DNA of 32,000 bases from Acaryochloris marina MBIC11017 (GCF_000018105.1 NC_009927.1:150001-182000), one strand, 5' to 3'. Positions 15,746 through 24,053 are shown, counted from the stretch's first letter. Notes: generated by a model from the letters alone, not told the origin. Made by a program: numbers and translations.

Positions 15746-17197
15746 ATGTACACCGAACTCAAGGCACAGGACCTAAACCCCATCACCACCGAAGTCAGCG
15801 AAACCTCTAAGCTGTTTTGGCAAGACTATCTCAACTCAAATCCTGCAATGGTGGAGGTGACCTCAGAGACCAATATCAAAACCCTCAATAGCTTTGCTCT
15901 AGAAGTCTTTCACCGTCTCTATTACTCCCCCGATCCTGAATGGTTACCGGAAAAGCCAGAACATCAATGGGCGCGAGTGTTGCACAACCAGCTTAGTGAG
16001 TCTGAAGAATTCCAAAATCTAACCCTGACATGTGCGGGTGATCCATTGGGGGCAGCAATCGCCGCGCAATCCATGATCACCAATCTGTACCGACAGCTTG
16101 AAGAGGCCAGCGACGAACAGGAAATTGATGAACTGGATACCCTGAGAGCGCAGGCCCGACAAGCGAAGCGGGATGGTAGGGAGGATTTGTTTCAGCAGCT
16201 TCAAGCCCAAGGGCAGGCCATGTCCCAAGCAGCCCAAGCCTTTGCCCAAAAGCTGGAAGAGAAGGAAGGCGAAGGCATCGGCGAGAGTGTTGAGGATGCC
16301 GAGGGAGAAGTACAGGAGAAAAAAGACGAGCTAGAAGCATTGGGAATGAGCTGGGGGAATGAGTCGGGTGACCGCAATCCCACTCCCACCGGAGAGAAAC
16401 TAAAGCTTGCGGCTTTGATTGAACAGCGGCCACAACTCAAAAAGATACTAGCCCTCGCTGGAAATGCCTTGGAGACAGCCAACCGCAAACGCCGACAACA
16501 CCAGACTGAGACGGGATATGGTGAACTAGTGGGGATTACCACGGGGAATGATGTCTCACAGATTTTGCCTCAAGAGTTGGCAAGGCTTTCAGATTCCAGA
16601 CAGAAACTGAGTTTTTATCGAGACTTTCTAGAAGGTCAGTTGTTTCAGAATGACTTACAGGCCCCAGAGGAGAAGGGCAAAGGTCCGATGGTGATTTGCC
16701 TGGATTGCTCTGGATCGATGGTTAAGGGCAACCGCTTTCTCTGGTCGAAAGCCCTGATCGTTGCGTTGGTGAAGTTGGCCAACGAGCAAGAACGGGTGGT
16801 TTCGCTGGTATTGTTTGAGTCTATTTGTTACGACCCTATCTATTTCCATCCCAGAGAAGATATTGACCAGCTGATCCGATTGCTGGTCACGAGTCCCACG
16901 GATGGGGGAACCGAGTTTCAAAGACCACTGGAACAGGCCAGAGACATCATTGAGCAAGACGAGGACTACAGCGAAGCCGATATTGTCTTTATCACGGATG
17001 GGATTGCGCCATTGAGTTCTGTGTTCTTGCAAGAGTATTCAGATTCCCTAGAAAAATTGAAAACAGATCTCTTTTTATTAGAGATTGAGCCAAAGCAGGG
17101 ATGGTCAAACGAACTCAGGACGTTGGCGAGTCAGTCATGGGTAATTGATGCGAATGGCAATTTTGAGGAGTTAGGGGCTGTATTTACGGCTTGTTAG
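15746..17197 (+). CDS. VWA-domain protein, ViaA-like partner of the AAA+ ATPase
   Basis: 483 aa. The ATG is 2 nt after the ATPase stop. MIDAS motif VICLDCSGSM, then FITDG later in the protein. An acidic coiled-coil linker lies in the middle. Confidence 0.85.
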   Translation: MYTELKAQDLNPITTEVSETSKLFWQDYLNSNPAMVEVTSETNIKTLNSFALEVFHRLYYSPDPEWLPEKPEHQWARVLHNQLSESEEFQNLTLTCAGDPLGAAIAAQSMITNLYRQLEEASDEQEIDELDTLRAQARQAKRDGREDLFQQLQAQGQAMSQAAQAFAQKLEEKEGEGIGESVEDAEGEVQEKKDELEALGMSWGNESGDRNPTPTGEKLKLAALIEQRPQLKKILALAGNALETANRKRRQHQTETGYGELVGITTGNDVSQILPQELARLSDSRQKLSFYRDFLEGQLFQNDLQAPEEKGKGPMVICLDCSGSMVKGNRFLWSKALIVALVKLANEQERVVSLVLFESICYDPIYFHPREDIDQLIRLLVTSPTDGGTEFQRPLEQARDIIEQDEDYSEADIVFITDGIAPLSSVFLQEYSDSLEKLKTDLFLLEIEPKQGWSNELRTLASQSWVIDANGNFEELGAVFTAC

Positions 17198-17453
17198 TTG
17201 GTAAAAAACACGGAGACAAAATCAATAATGCACACTAGCAAAAACTTATCAATTTCGTCGTCAATGATTAGTAATTGCTAGTATCCGACCCTTGTAATCG
17301 AATATCAAGGAATTTATACTGATTCTATAAGCAAGGTTCCCAATTACCCGAAATTGGCGAGAAGGCATCTCGATAAACGCCCGACCCCGTGATCGTTAGA
17401 TCGGGCCGGAATGCGGATCCACCGCAACACTACACCAATGGAGCATTTAGACA

Positions 17454-17873
17454 ATGAAACTATCCGAAATCAAGGAAGCTGTTATCGTTGCCTTTGCAAA
17501 ACAGCACCAAATTTCTGTAACCACCACCGCAGAACTCAAGCAGGCTGCCAAACAGCTTTGGCCTGAGCAGACCTACAACTTCCGAAAAGCTCAAACCTGG
17601 CTTAACTTCGCTGAACCGTTGGGAGTGGACATCGGGGATTATTCCGCACCTACCCCGAGGCATGATCGAAAACTCAGCGATATTAAAGCCGAGGTTTGCA
17701 AGCACTACGAGGTTAAAGATACCCCGGCACTTAAGGCCAAGTTGAAAAGCTGGGGAATCGCTTATGACAAACTCAGCACCCGAAAGGCTTGGGAGGAGCT
17801 GCTTGCGGGTTGCAAAGCTAGTCAGAAAGGCCAGTTGATTGAGCTAATCGATCCTTTGGGTGTGGCAGCGTAA
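17454..17873 (+). CDS. hypothetical protein (139 aa) with internal duplication
   Basis: There are two units of about 60 aa, each starting KLS(E/D)IK. GGAG lies upstream of the ATG. Confidence 0.55.
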   Translation: MKLSEIKEAVIVAFAKQHQISVTTTAELKQAAKQLWPEQTYNFRKAQTWLNFAEPLGVDIGDYSAPTPRHDRKLSDIKAEVCKHYEVKDTPALKAKLKSWGIAYDKLSTRKAWEELLAGCKASQKGQLIELIDPLGVAA

Positions 17874-17919
17874 AACTCGACTTATCTATTCCCCTGACTG
17901 TAACGGTTAGGGGGTGGAT

Positions 17920-20421
17920 TTAGCACGTAGCAACGGGTTGGCCAGAATTATACGCTATAAGCTCTGAGGCATTTGCACTTAAAAAAATGTTCCCCTTCTT
18001 ATCACGAATCCATCCTTGTGCTTCGACGATAGTAGGTGGGGACGCTGAGTTGGAAGATAGATTATTGTTCTCTACCCCCGAGGATCCGGGTTTCACAGGT
18101 AACTTAGAAGAAGGCGATTTTTGCTTCAATAATTGAGGTTGTCGTAAGTCTTGCCAAACAGAGGGTGGTGTTTGTAAGTGGTGAGGGCCTAATGGAATAC
18201 CACCGCGTCCAATATCCACAAAAGTGCTGTTCCCTAAAGTTTGACCTGGACGACACTTTGTAGTGATGGTTTTAGGAACAACGATTGTTTCGGGGAGTTT
18301 TTTCAAGCCATCAGGGAATAAAATTGCTACAAAACCGTTGATTTGAGGTTCATTCTGAGAAAAAGAAACAATATCGCTGAAATTAGTTAACTGGCCACTT
18401 GCTCGAAAACCAAACAGTTCCTTGGCGGTAATGATAATCTGACCACCTTTGCCCACTGAAGAGCTAGCAAAGATATCACTATTTTCAGAGGGAATCGCCA
18501 CAATTTTACTAGCAGTAATCTTGATGTTTCCTCCATCATTAATTCCTCTTCCTTCTGCAGTTATTAAGCTGTTGTTGCGCATCAGTAAATAATTTCTAAT
18601 TTGCAAATCAATATCACCACCTTTTCCAGCACTGGATGTTGCCGAAATATTCCCTTGATTTTTTAGCAAAATTTGATCTGCGTTGATATGCAAAGTCCCT
18701 GCGTTGCCTATTTCATCGTTTCTAACTGTAATTTCTGCACCATCGCTTACTCTTAGAGCTTTGGTTTGGATCGAAACACTCCCCGCTTCTCCTGTGGGGA
18801 TGGGAGAAACTTGAAACCCACTTTGCAATTCGGGGCTTAACTGAATTGTGGACGAACTAATCAAGCTGGGATCCTGGCTTCCTTGATCTACTCCACTAAC
18901 TATAATTTCATCCACAGCAGTGATAATGACGTCTCCAGCGTTACCGCCAGCGAAAGTAGCAGCATCCACCCGAGCCCCATCTTTGATTAACAAGCGCTTT
19001 GTCTGAATGAATAAATCACCTGCGTTACCACTCGCTAAACTAGAAGAAGATAATGCATTGTTAGCACCAACAAGCACGATTCCATCTGAAGCCGAAACCT
19101 TTATATTGCCTCCTTGACCAGCGGCTAATGTGGCTGATGTAACTAATCCGCCATCCTTTACCCTGAGATGCTTTGTTGTGATAATTATGTCCCCTGCATT
19201 TCCTACCCCAAAGGTGCTTGTACTGATGAAGCTCAATAAATTTGGATCAAATGATGTTCCAATTACATCAATAAACTCAGTAGCATTAATGACTAGGGTT
19301 CCTCCTGAGCCAAAACCTAGGGTATTAGCAGAAATAAGTCCCCCTTCTTTTAGTATCAGATGGGGAGTAGACAGATAAATATCACTTCCGCTTCCTGTCT
19401 CTAGAGACGTAGTAATTAAACCACTACTAGTACCAGTGGTTAGATTCGTACCAATGAGCTTGATAGAATCAGCAGCCTTAATCACCAAACGTCTTCCAGT
19501 CTGATTTCCTAGATTGCCAATTCGTATAACAGAACCATCGGTTATGGAAACTTGACCACCCTGTACCTGAATAAAACCAGTAGGTCCTCCCTCCATACCA
19601 GTGCCATCAACTAAAGCAAGCTCAGAAAGGTGAATATCACCAAATCTTTGGACATTTTGGTAATCGAAGGTCCATCCCAATGGAGAAGGAGATATACCTA
19701 CATAACCAGATTTCACTCCGCCTAATTGTATGCTCCCGCCGGGTGCTGTAAGTATACTGCCCCTCAAATCAAGATTTGTCCCTAGCAAAGCCAGTGTTTT
19801 GTTAGGTTTAACAGTCAAATCAAACTCTTGGCTACCTGTACGTCCTGAAAAAGTAACGAAAGGGTTCGTCGATGTCAATTGAAATCTTGGACCTTTCGCA
19901 ATAATATCGGCAGATCTTGAGTTGAACTGCAATCCTAGTGGCACGCCGATAGTTAAATTAGGAAGATTTTGAGGATTTTCTGCACTAAACTCAATATCTT
20001 GATCAAAGATCAGGCTGCTGGCTGTAGTTCCTATGAAAGAGCCATTGAGGTCTAGCTTTGAATGCGGGCCAAAAAATATCCCCGATGGATTCATCAAGAA
20101 CAAGTCAGCATCACCCAAAACTCCCAAAGTACCAAAGATATTGGAGCGATTGCCTCCAGTGACTCGAGTCAGAATAAGGTTGATATTACTGGGGTTATTG
20201 AAATAAACTTCCTGACCAGTTCCAACACTTAATTCTTTAAGGCTATGGAACAGTGTACTTCCCCTTGAAGCACCACCTTTGATTAAAATTCGGTTATTCT
20301 GTAGCTCAACGACTGAATTTTCTCTCAATAATGTCTGATCAGAAGTGACTTGAGCTAATCCTGATTTAAACAATAAACTCCAGATTGATAAAACACTAAT
20401 CAACAGGACTGATTTGTTCAT
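17920..20421 (-). CDS. TpsA-type exoprotein (filamentous-haemagglutinin N-terminal domain, beta-helical repeats)
   Basis: Signal peptide MNKSVLLISVLSIWSLLFKSGLAQ from ATG 20421. TPS-domain motifs LTRVTGGNRSNIFGTLGV and LFLMNPSGIFFGP. Long runs of G/N/S-rich repeats (GNAGD..I). AT-rich relative to neighbouring genes. Confidence 0.85.
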   Translation of the reverse strand: MNKSVLLISVLSIWSLLFKSGLAQVTSDQTLLRENSVVELQNNRILIKGGASRGSTLFHSLKELSVGTGQEVYFNNPSNINLILTRVTGGNRSNIFGTLGVLGDADLFLMNPSGIFFGPHSKLDLNGSFIGTTASSLIFDQDIEFSAENPQNLPNLTIGVPLGLQFNSRSADIIAKGPRFQLTSTNPFVTFSGRTGSQEFDLTVKPNKTLALLGTNLDLRGSILTAPGGSIQLGGVKSGYVGISPSPLGWTFDYQNVQRFGDIHLSELALVDGTGMEGGPTGFIQVQGGQVSITDGSVIRIGNLGNQTGRRLVIKAADSIKLIGTNLTTGTSSGLITTSLETGSGSDIYLSTPHLILKEGGLISANTLGFGSGGTLVINATEFIDVIGTSFDPNLLSFISTSTFGVGNAGDIIITTKHLRVKDGGLVTSATLAAGQGGNIKVSASDGIVLVGANNALSSSSLASGNAGDLFIQTKRLLIKDGARVDAATFAGGNAGDVIITAVDEIIVSGVDQGSQDPSLISSSTIQLSPELQSGFQVSPIPTGEAGSVSIQTKALRVSDGAEITVRNDEIGNAGTLHINADQILLKNQGNISATSSAGKGGDIDLQIRNYLLMRNNSLITAEGRGINDGGNIKITASKIVAIPSENSDIFASSSVGKGGQIIITAKELFGFRASGQLTNFSDIVSFSQNEPQINGFVAILFPDGLKKLPETIVVPKTITTKCRPGQTLGNSTFVDIGRGGIPLGPHHLQTPPSVWQDLRQPQLLKQKSPSSKLPVKPGSSGVENNNLSSNSASPPTIVEAQGWIRDKKGNIFLSANASELIAYNSGQPVATC

Positions 20422-20664
20422 TCTCATCCACATCACAGTCAGTGATTTCTATGGTTGCTGTTTCAAAAAAAAATCGCGCAGATCCCTAGGAAAGTTGTCA
20501 GAGTAAAAATGTTATTTTGCTTGAATTCTTACAAAAATTAATCTTTTCCTGGTTAAATTTTTGTGGTTACGGAGACAATACTCCTATTACTAGGTCTAGG
20601 TAGGGTAGACACTGAATAATGGTTGTGAAGCAATACCAGAATCGAGATCGCAACCCCACCCACC

Positions 20665-21159
20665 ATGATCACCTTCACCTGGACAACCGCAGATCATATC
20701 CTCCAACTTCGCCACCAAGTTTTGCGGCCAGGATTACCCATCGCTGAGGTCATTTTCCCAGAAGACCAAGACCAGGAAACCCGTCATTATGGAGCATTCA
20801 GCCAGCAGGGAGAAGTTATCTGCTGCGTCACCCTCATTCCCTCAACCTGGCATGGTGAACTTGCGTGGCGACTCAGGGCAATGGCGACAGCTCCAGGCTG
20901 GAGAAATCAGGGGATTGGCACAGGACTGATCCGATACTTGCTTGAGGATTTACAAGAGTCCAATCAAGCAAGGCCGATTTGGTCTAACGCTAGGGTCAGC
21001 TCTGCAAGGTTTTACCGGGAGCTAGGTTGGCGGGAAGTCTCCGAGCAGTTTGAGAATGGCAATGCGGGTCTATCGGTGACGATGCTAAAAGAAGAGAAGA
21101 CGCTCGCCGCAGGGCATGTTCCGGGGGCTGGTGTTGTGTCGAAGATTAGCTTGAGATGA
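20665..21159 (+). CDS. GNAT-family N-acetyltransferase
   Basis: 164 aa. Acetyl-CoA motif A LRAMATAPGWRNQGIGTGLIRYL, then ARFYRELGW. The last roughly 23 codons run into repeat element copy A, so the native C-terminus may have been replaced. Confidence 0.8.
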   Translation: MITFTWTTADHILQLRHQVLRPGLPIAEVIFPEDQDQETRHYGAFSQQGEVICCVTLIPSTWHGELAWRLRAMATAPGWRNQGIGTGLIRYLLEDLQESNQARPIWSNARVSSARFYRELGWREVSEQFENGNAGLSVTMLKEEKTLAAGHVPGAGVVSKISLR

Positions 21160-21334
21160 TGCGGAAGTGGGCACCCCCGAAACGAGCAAGAGTGTAGCGT
21201 ACCTCAGATCGGCAAGGTCGCCATCGCAAAGCCATGGCTTTTCTCTGCTCCCTGCCTTTACTTGGGGATGCTGCATTGTCGGAATTTTGCGGGATGGGTG
21301 CGGGTTTTGGGATTGGTATCAGGAGTGAGATCGC
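21091..21334 (-). repeat. conserved non-coding element of about 245 nt, copy A
   Basis: Aligns over its whole length with 29314-29674 once the MITE is removed. Long near-identical blocks include GATCGGCAAGGTCGC, CAAAGCCATGGCTTT and TTGGGGATGCTGCATT. All three plus-strand frames carry stops in the conserved core. Confidence 0.8.
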
Positions 21335-21493
21335 AAAGCAATCCGTGACCTTTCTTCCTGGGTCAATTAATCACTCATCTGCTAATTTTCAAAATCCATA
21401 CAGACTTTATATTGTCTAGGCAATACAGAAACCACAGAGAATATGAAAATTTGGGTATGAGTTCCATCGGCTAATTTCACGTACCAGTCCCGA

Positions 21494-21907
21494 TCAGAGG
21501 TTGCTCGGTTGAACTGCTCGAATACGAATCTCTCGGATCCAAACCTTCGTGAATTGTCCTAACCCTTTCCCCGGACTCATAAGCTGTTCAACTCCCTCAC
21601 CGAGTTGGGTGATAATACCTTGCCGCCATCGGTCCCAATCAACTTGAGCAGGGAAATCTAGGTCTTCACAATATTCTGTCCAGCTCGATTGCTGGAACTC
21701 TGAAGCAAGCACAGAGGCTTCTATCTCTCTGACCTGGATTAGATGGATATCAATCAGCTCTTGGATAAATTGAGGATGCACGACCGGAGGCTCGTCACCA
21801 TCGACCACCGGAAACTCATAAAAGAGCTGTAATTCCTCCACAGAATTCTTTTTGGCTAATCTTAGGAGTTCTAATTGTTGATGAGTCAAGGATGGAATCT
21901 GAGTCAT
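21494..21907 (-). CDS. hypothetical acidic protein (137 aa)
   Basis: ATGA overlap with the upstream 97-aa gene. No motif recognised. Confidence 0.55.
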   Translation of the reverse strand: MTQIPSLTHQQLELLRLAKKNSVEELQLFYEFPVVDGDEPPVVHPQFIQELIDIHLIQVREIEASVLASEFQQSSWTEYCEDLDFPAQVDWDRWRQGIITQLGEGVEQLMSPGKGLGQFTKVWIREIRIRAVQPSNL

Positions 21908-22197
21908 GATTGACCGTTTTGCAACAGTTGCTCAATTCGATCCAAGCGTGTATTAACTCCTTCAAATTGAGAATTCATATCTTTGCGTAATAGCTCAATC
22001 TCAATCCTGTTATCAGCAATTTTGTCAATCAATCTGCTTTCGCTGGTAGGGACAATAGCGGCAACGCTGGTATTGATCAGGAAAAACAGACCACCGATCA
22101 GAAGACCAATCACAGCTAAAACAGGAAGCAAGTCTTTGGATAAGTCCACCAAAGAAGAGAAGCGGGTTGGGGTAGTGTCCTGGTTGTCTGAGGTCAT
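21904..22197 (-). CDS. small membrane-anchored coiled-coil protein (97 aa)
   Basis: TM helix LLPVLAVIGLLIGGLFFLI followed by a coiled coil ending NTRLDRIEQLL. An operator plus TATAAT block lies upstream. Confidence 0.6.
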   Translation of the reverse strand: MTSDNQDTTPTRFSSLVDLSKDLLPVLAVIGLLIGGLFFLINTSVAAIVPTSESRLIDKIADNRIEIELLRKDMNSQFEGVNTRLDRIEQLLQNGQS

Positions 22198-22332
22198 CTC
22201 AATCCACTGAAATTACATATCAACGGAATTTTAAGTTGTCTAGTGTCTAAATTATAACATAAATCGAACGTATACATTCATTTATAATGATAATTACTTC
22301 GGCAAGAGCCACTGAAAAAGACGATGTTTAAG
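22198..22332 (-). promoter_or_regulatory. outward-facing operator/promoter block, inverted copy
   Basis: 22251-22280 is the reverse complement of 22634-22663, matching at 28 of 30 positions: TGAATGTATACGTTCGATT-(T/A)ATG(T/C)-TATAAT. Confidence 0.6.
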
Positions 22333-22554
22333 TTATTCCTTATCATTCTTGGGCCAATCAATAGAATCATCAGCAATTGCAGCGTTAACAATCGCTGATC
22401 GTAGCCATTGTGGCCTATTGTTCATCTGCCGAACGATTTTATCCAGACTGGCGGGTAAGCGAACACTCAAAGGCGTGTCTGCTAATAGCTCATTAGAGTC
22501 TGGAGCTGTTTTGCCAATGGTCAAGTTCTTCAAGCTATTTTTATTGACTGCCAT
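22333..22554 (-). CDS. ribbon-helix-helix regulator, cassette 2
   Basis: 73 aa. Beta-strand LSVRLP, then helices ASLDKIVRQM and QWLRSAIVNAAI. Confidence 0.65.
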   Translation of the reverse strand: MAVNKNSLKNLTIGKTAPDSNELLADTPLSVRLPASLDKIVRQMNNRPQWLRSAIVNAAIADDSIDWPKNDKE

Positions 22555-22744
22555 GGATAGAGCTAACTAATCAACGACTTCAAGAATAGCACAGCAAATC
22601 GAATGTATACATATATAATAAAATCCTCTTGGTTGAATGTATACGTTCGATTAATGCTATAATACTTTCATGAAAACAAAGGCACCGCCCCCGACTACCA
22701 ATCTGAAGCGATGCCCGAGTTAAAAACCACAAAGGAAGTTAACT
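22555..22744 (+). promoter_or_regulatory. cassette-2 control region: GAATGTATAC palindromes, TATAAT, conserved hairpin leader
   Basis: GAATGTATACATAT at 22601-22614, GAATGTATACGTTC at 22635-22648 and TATAAT at 22658-22663. The leader is AAAACAAAGGCACCGC...GCGATGCCCGAGTTAAAAACCACAAAGGAAGTTAACTATG, with the stem at 22681-22688 and 22708-22715. Confidence 0.6.
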
Positions 22745-22957
22745 ATGTTCAATTTAACTGATGTTGAAACCCCCATCCTTCGCTTTGGTACTGAGTTTAT
22801 CGATCCAAACCTATTGGTTGCAGTCGAAGTCTACGAGGACACCCTAGGCGACGGTGAAGCCAGTCAGCCCGCAACAGGGACTAAAGCCCACACTGGCTAC
22901 ATAGATGGCGTTTGCGTGGCCTACCGCTCAGACGGCACCCCGGTAAGCATTGAATAA
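22745..22957 (+). CDS. small strongly acidic protein (70 aa)
   Basis: About 12 D/E against 3 K/R. It occupies the same cassette position as the 100/103-aa paralogues. The segment DPNLLVAVEVYED is weakly similar to DPLHPEVIAVEMQIE. Confidence 0.6.
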   Translation: MFNLTDVETPILRFGTEFIDPNLLVAVEVYEDTLGDGEASQPATGTKAHTGYIDGVCVAYRSDGTPVSIE

Positions 22958-22964
22958 CGTCTTT

Positions 22965-22980
22965 GGGGCACCTCTGCCCC
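22965..22980 (+). terminator. GC hairpin GGGGCACCTCTGCCCC after the cassette-2 acidic-protein gene
   Basis: This 16-mer is identical to the minus-strand reading of 10221-10236. Confidence 0.45.
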
Positions 22981-23013
22981 TACTCATTTCAGGAAAATTC
23001 AGAGGACTAAGAC

Positions 23014-23358
23014 ATGGAAATTATTCAATCCACACCTCAAACCACTATCGCTAAGCTAAACGACCGTTTTCGCCAAGGCGATCACTCCCTCGGTAAAATC
23101 TGCACGACCCAAGCCGTTAACAGTCTTCCCTCAGCCGATCAGCAAGAACTCTTTCGCCTACTCCGCACCTTCAATGACTTCACTCCAGGTAATGACCCTT
23201 ATGGAGAGCATGACTTTGGAAGTATTGAATTTCAGGGTGAGACCTACTTTTTTAAGATCGACTACTACGACAAATCATTGAGATACGGCACTGAAGACCC
23301 CAGTGATCCAGCAAAGACGACCCGAGTTTTAACCCTGATGCATTCAAGGGAGTACTAG
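23014..23358 (+). CDS. DUF3768-like protein
   Basis: 114 aa. FTPGNDPYGEHDFGSIEF...FFKIDYYD...DPSDPAKTTRVLTLMHSREY matches the DUF3768 signature as I recall it (NDP.GEHDFG, KIDYYD, VLT.M...EY). Confidence 0.7.
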   Translation: MEIIQSTPQTTIAKLNDRFRQGDHSLGKICTTQAVNSLPSADQQELFRLLRTFNDFTPGNDPYGEHDFGSIEFQGETYFFKIDYYDKSLRYGTEDPSDPAKTTRVLTLMHSREY

Positions 23359-23373
23359 AGAATCCTGCAGCCT

Positions 23374-23397
23374 ATGCCCTGTCTTAAATCAGGGCAT
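23374..23397 (+). terminator. hairpin ATGCCCTG-tcttaaat-CAGGGCAT followed by TTTCC
   Basis: 8-bp stem, 16 nt after the DUF3768-like stop. The U-tract is short. Confidence 0.4.
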
Positions 23398-23442
23398 TTC
23401 CAAACCAATATTGGTACAATGATATTAACTAGGGAAAAAGAA

Positions 23443-23697
23443 ATGACAACGACATCCCCGGATAGATTAGATCGCATTGAATCTCTTCTCAGTACTCTTG
23501 GAGAGGACATGCAAACTGTGAAAGCTGATATCTCCACAGTCAAAGAAGATATTAGTGAACTAAAAGAGCAAACCACCAAAACTAACGAAAAGGTGGAAAC
23601 TTATCAGAAAGCTAGTCAACAGGTTGTGAATCTTGCTTTTGGTCTTATTGTCACTGCTGCTCTTGCGATTATTCTCCCAGTGGTCACAAATCACTAG
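23443..23697 (+). CDS. small coiled-coil protein with C-terminal TM helix (84 aa)
   Basis: Start placed at ATG 23443 ([16 protein letters not shown]). Coiled coil followed by the TM helix [21 protein letters not shown]. Confidence 0.55.
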   Translation: MTTTSPDRLDRIESLLSTLGEDMQTVKADISTVKEDISELKEQTTKTNEKVETYQKASQQVVNLAFGLIVTAALAIILPVVTNH

Positions 23698-23765
23698 TCT
23701 TTCACCGAAAATTTTAGGGTCTGAAGCCCCGTACTTCAGGACGGTATTGTCTTTGTTTCTCAAAG

Positions 23766-23789
23766 GTACTAGCCGACACAAACTAGTAC
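23766..23789 (+). promoter_or_regulatory. left-end hairpin of the tnpB element (GTACTAG-N10-CTAGTAC)
   Basis: 7-bp inverted repeat immediately upstream of the tnpB ATG, where IS200/IS605-type left-end hairpins sit. Confidence 0.4.
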
Positions 23790-24053
23790 AATTGAACTAT
23801 GAAGCTGCGTTATCGCTATCGAGTTTATCCAACACCAGTTCAAGCCAATCGACTGGCCCAGATGTTTGGTTGCACTCGCGTAGTCTGGAACGATGCTCTT
23901 ACCTTTTGCCAACAACAGTATGCACAAGGAGGTAAATACCCTGGCTCTACAGCCCTAATGAAACAGTGTATTACCAAAGCCAAGCAAACCGAAGAACGAA
24001 GCTGGTTGTCGTCAGTATCTGTCGTTCCATTACAGCAATCTGTCAGAGACTTA

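Noticed and set aside
16019-16542. Three overlapping minus-strand ORFs (76-118 aa) inside the VWA gene
   Set aside because: They are antisense to a clearly coding region. Their sequences are low-complexity P/S/L/A-rich, as expected for the reverse complement of an E/A/Q-rich coiled-coil segment.
21085-21276. 63-aa minus-strand ORF (MQHPQVKAGS...) and its 66-aa counterpart at 29301-29501, which look like a conserved small protein
   Set aside because: Substitutions between the two copies fall about equally on codon positions 1, 2 and 3. Amino-acid identity is lower than nucleotide identity, and the C-termini diverge by a 1-nt indel. I treat them as spurious ORFs over a conserved non-coding element.
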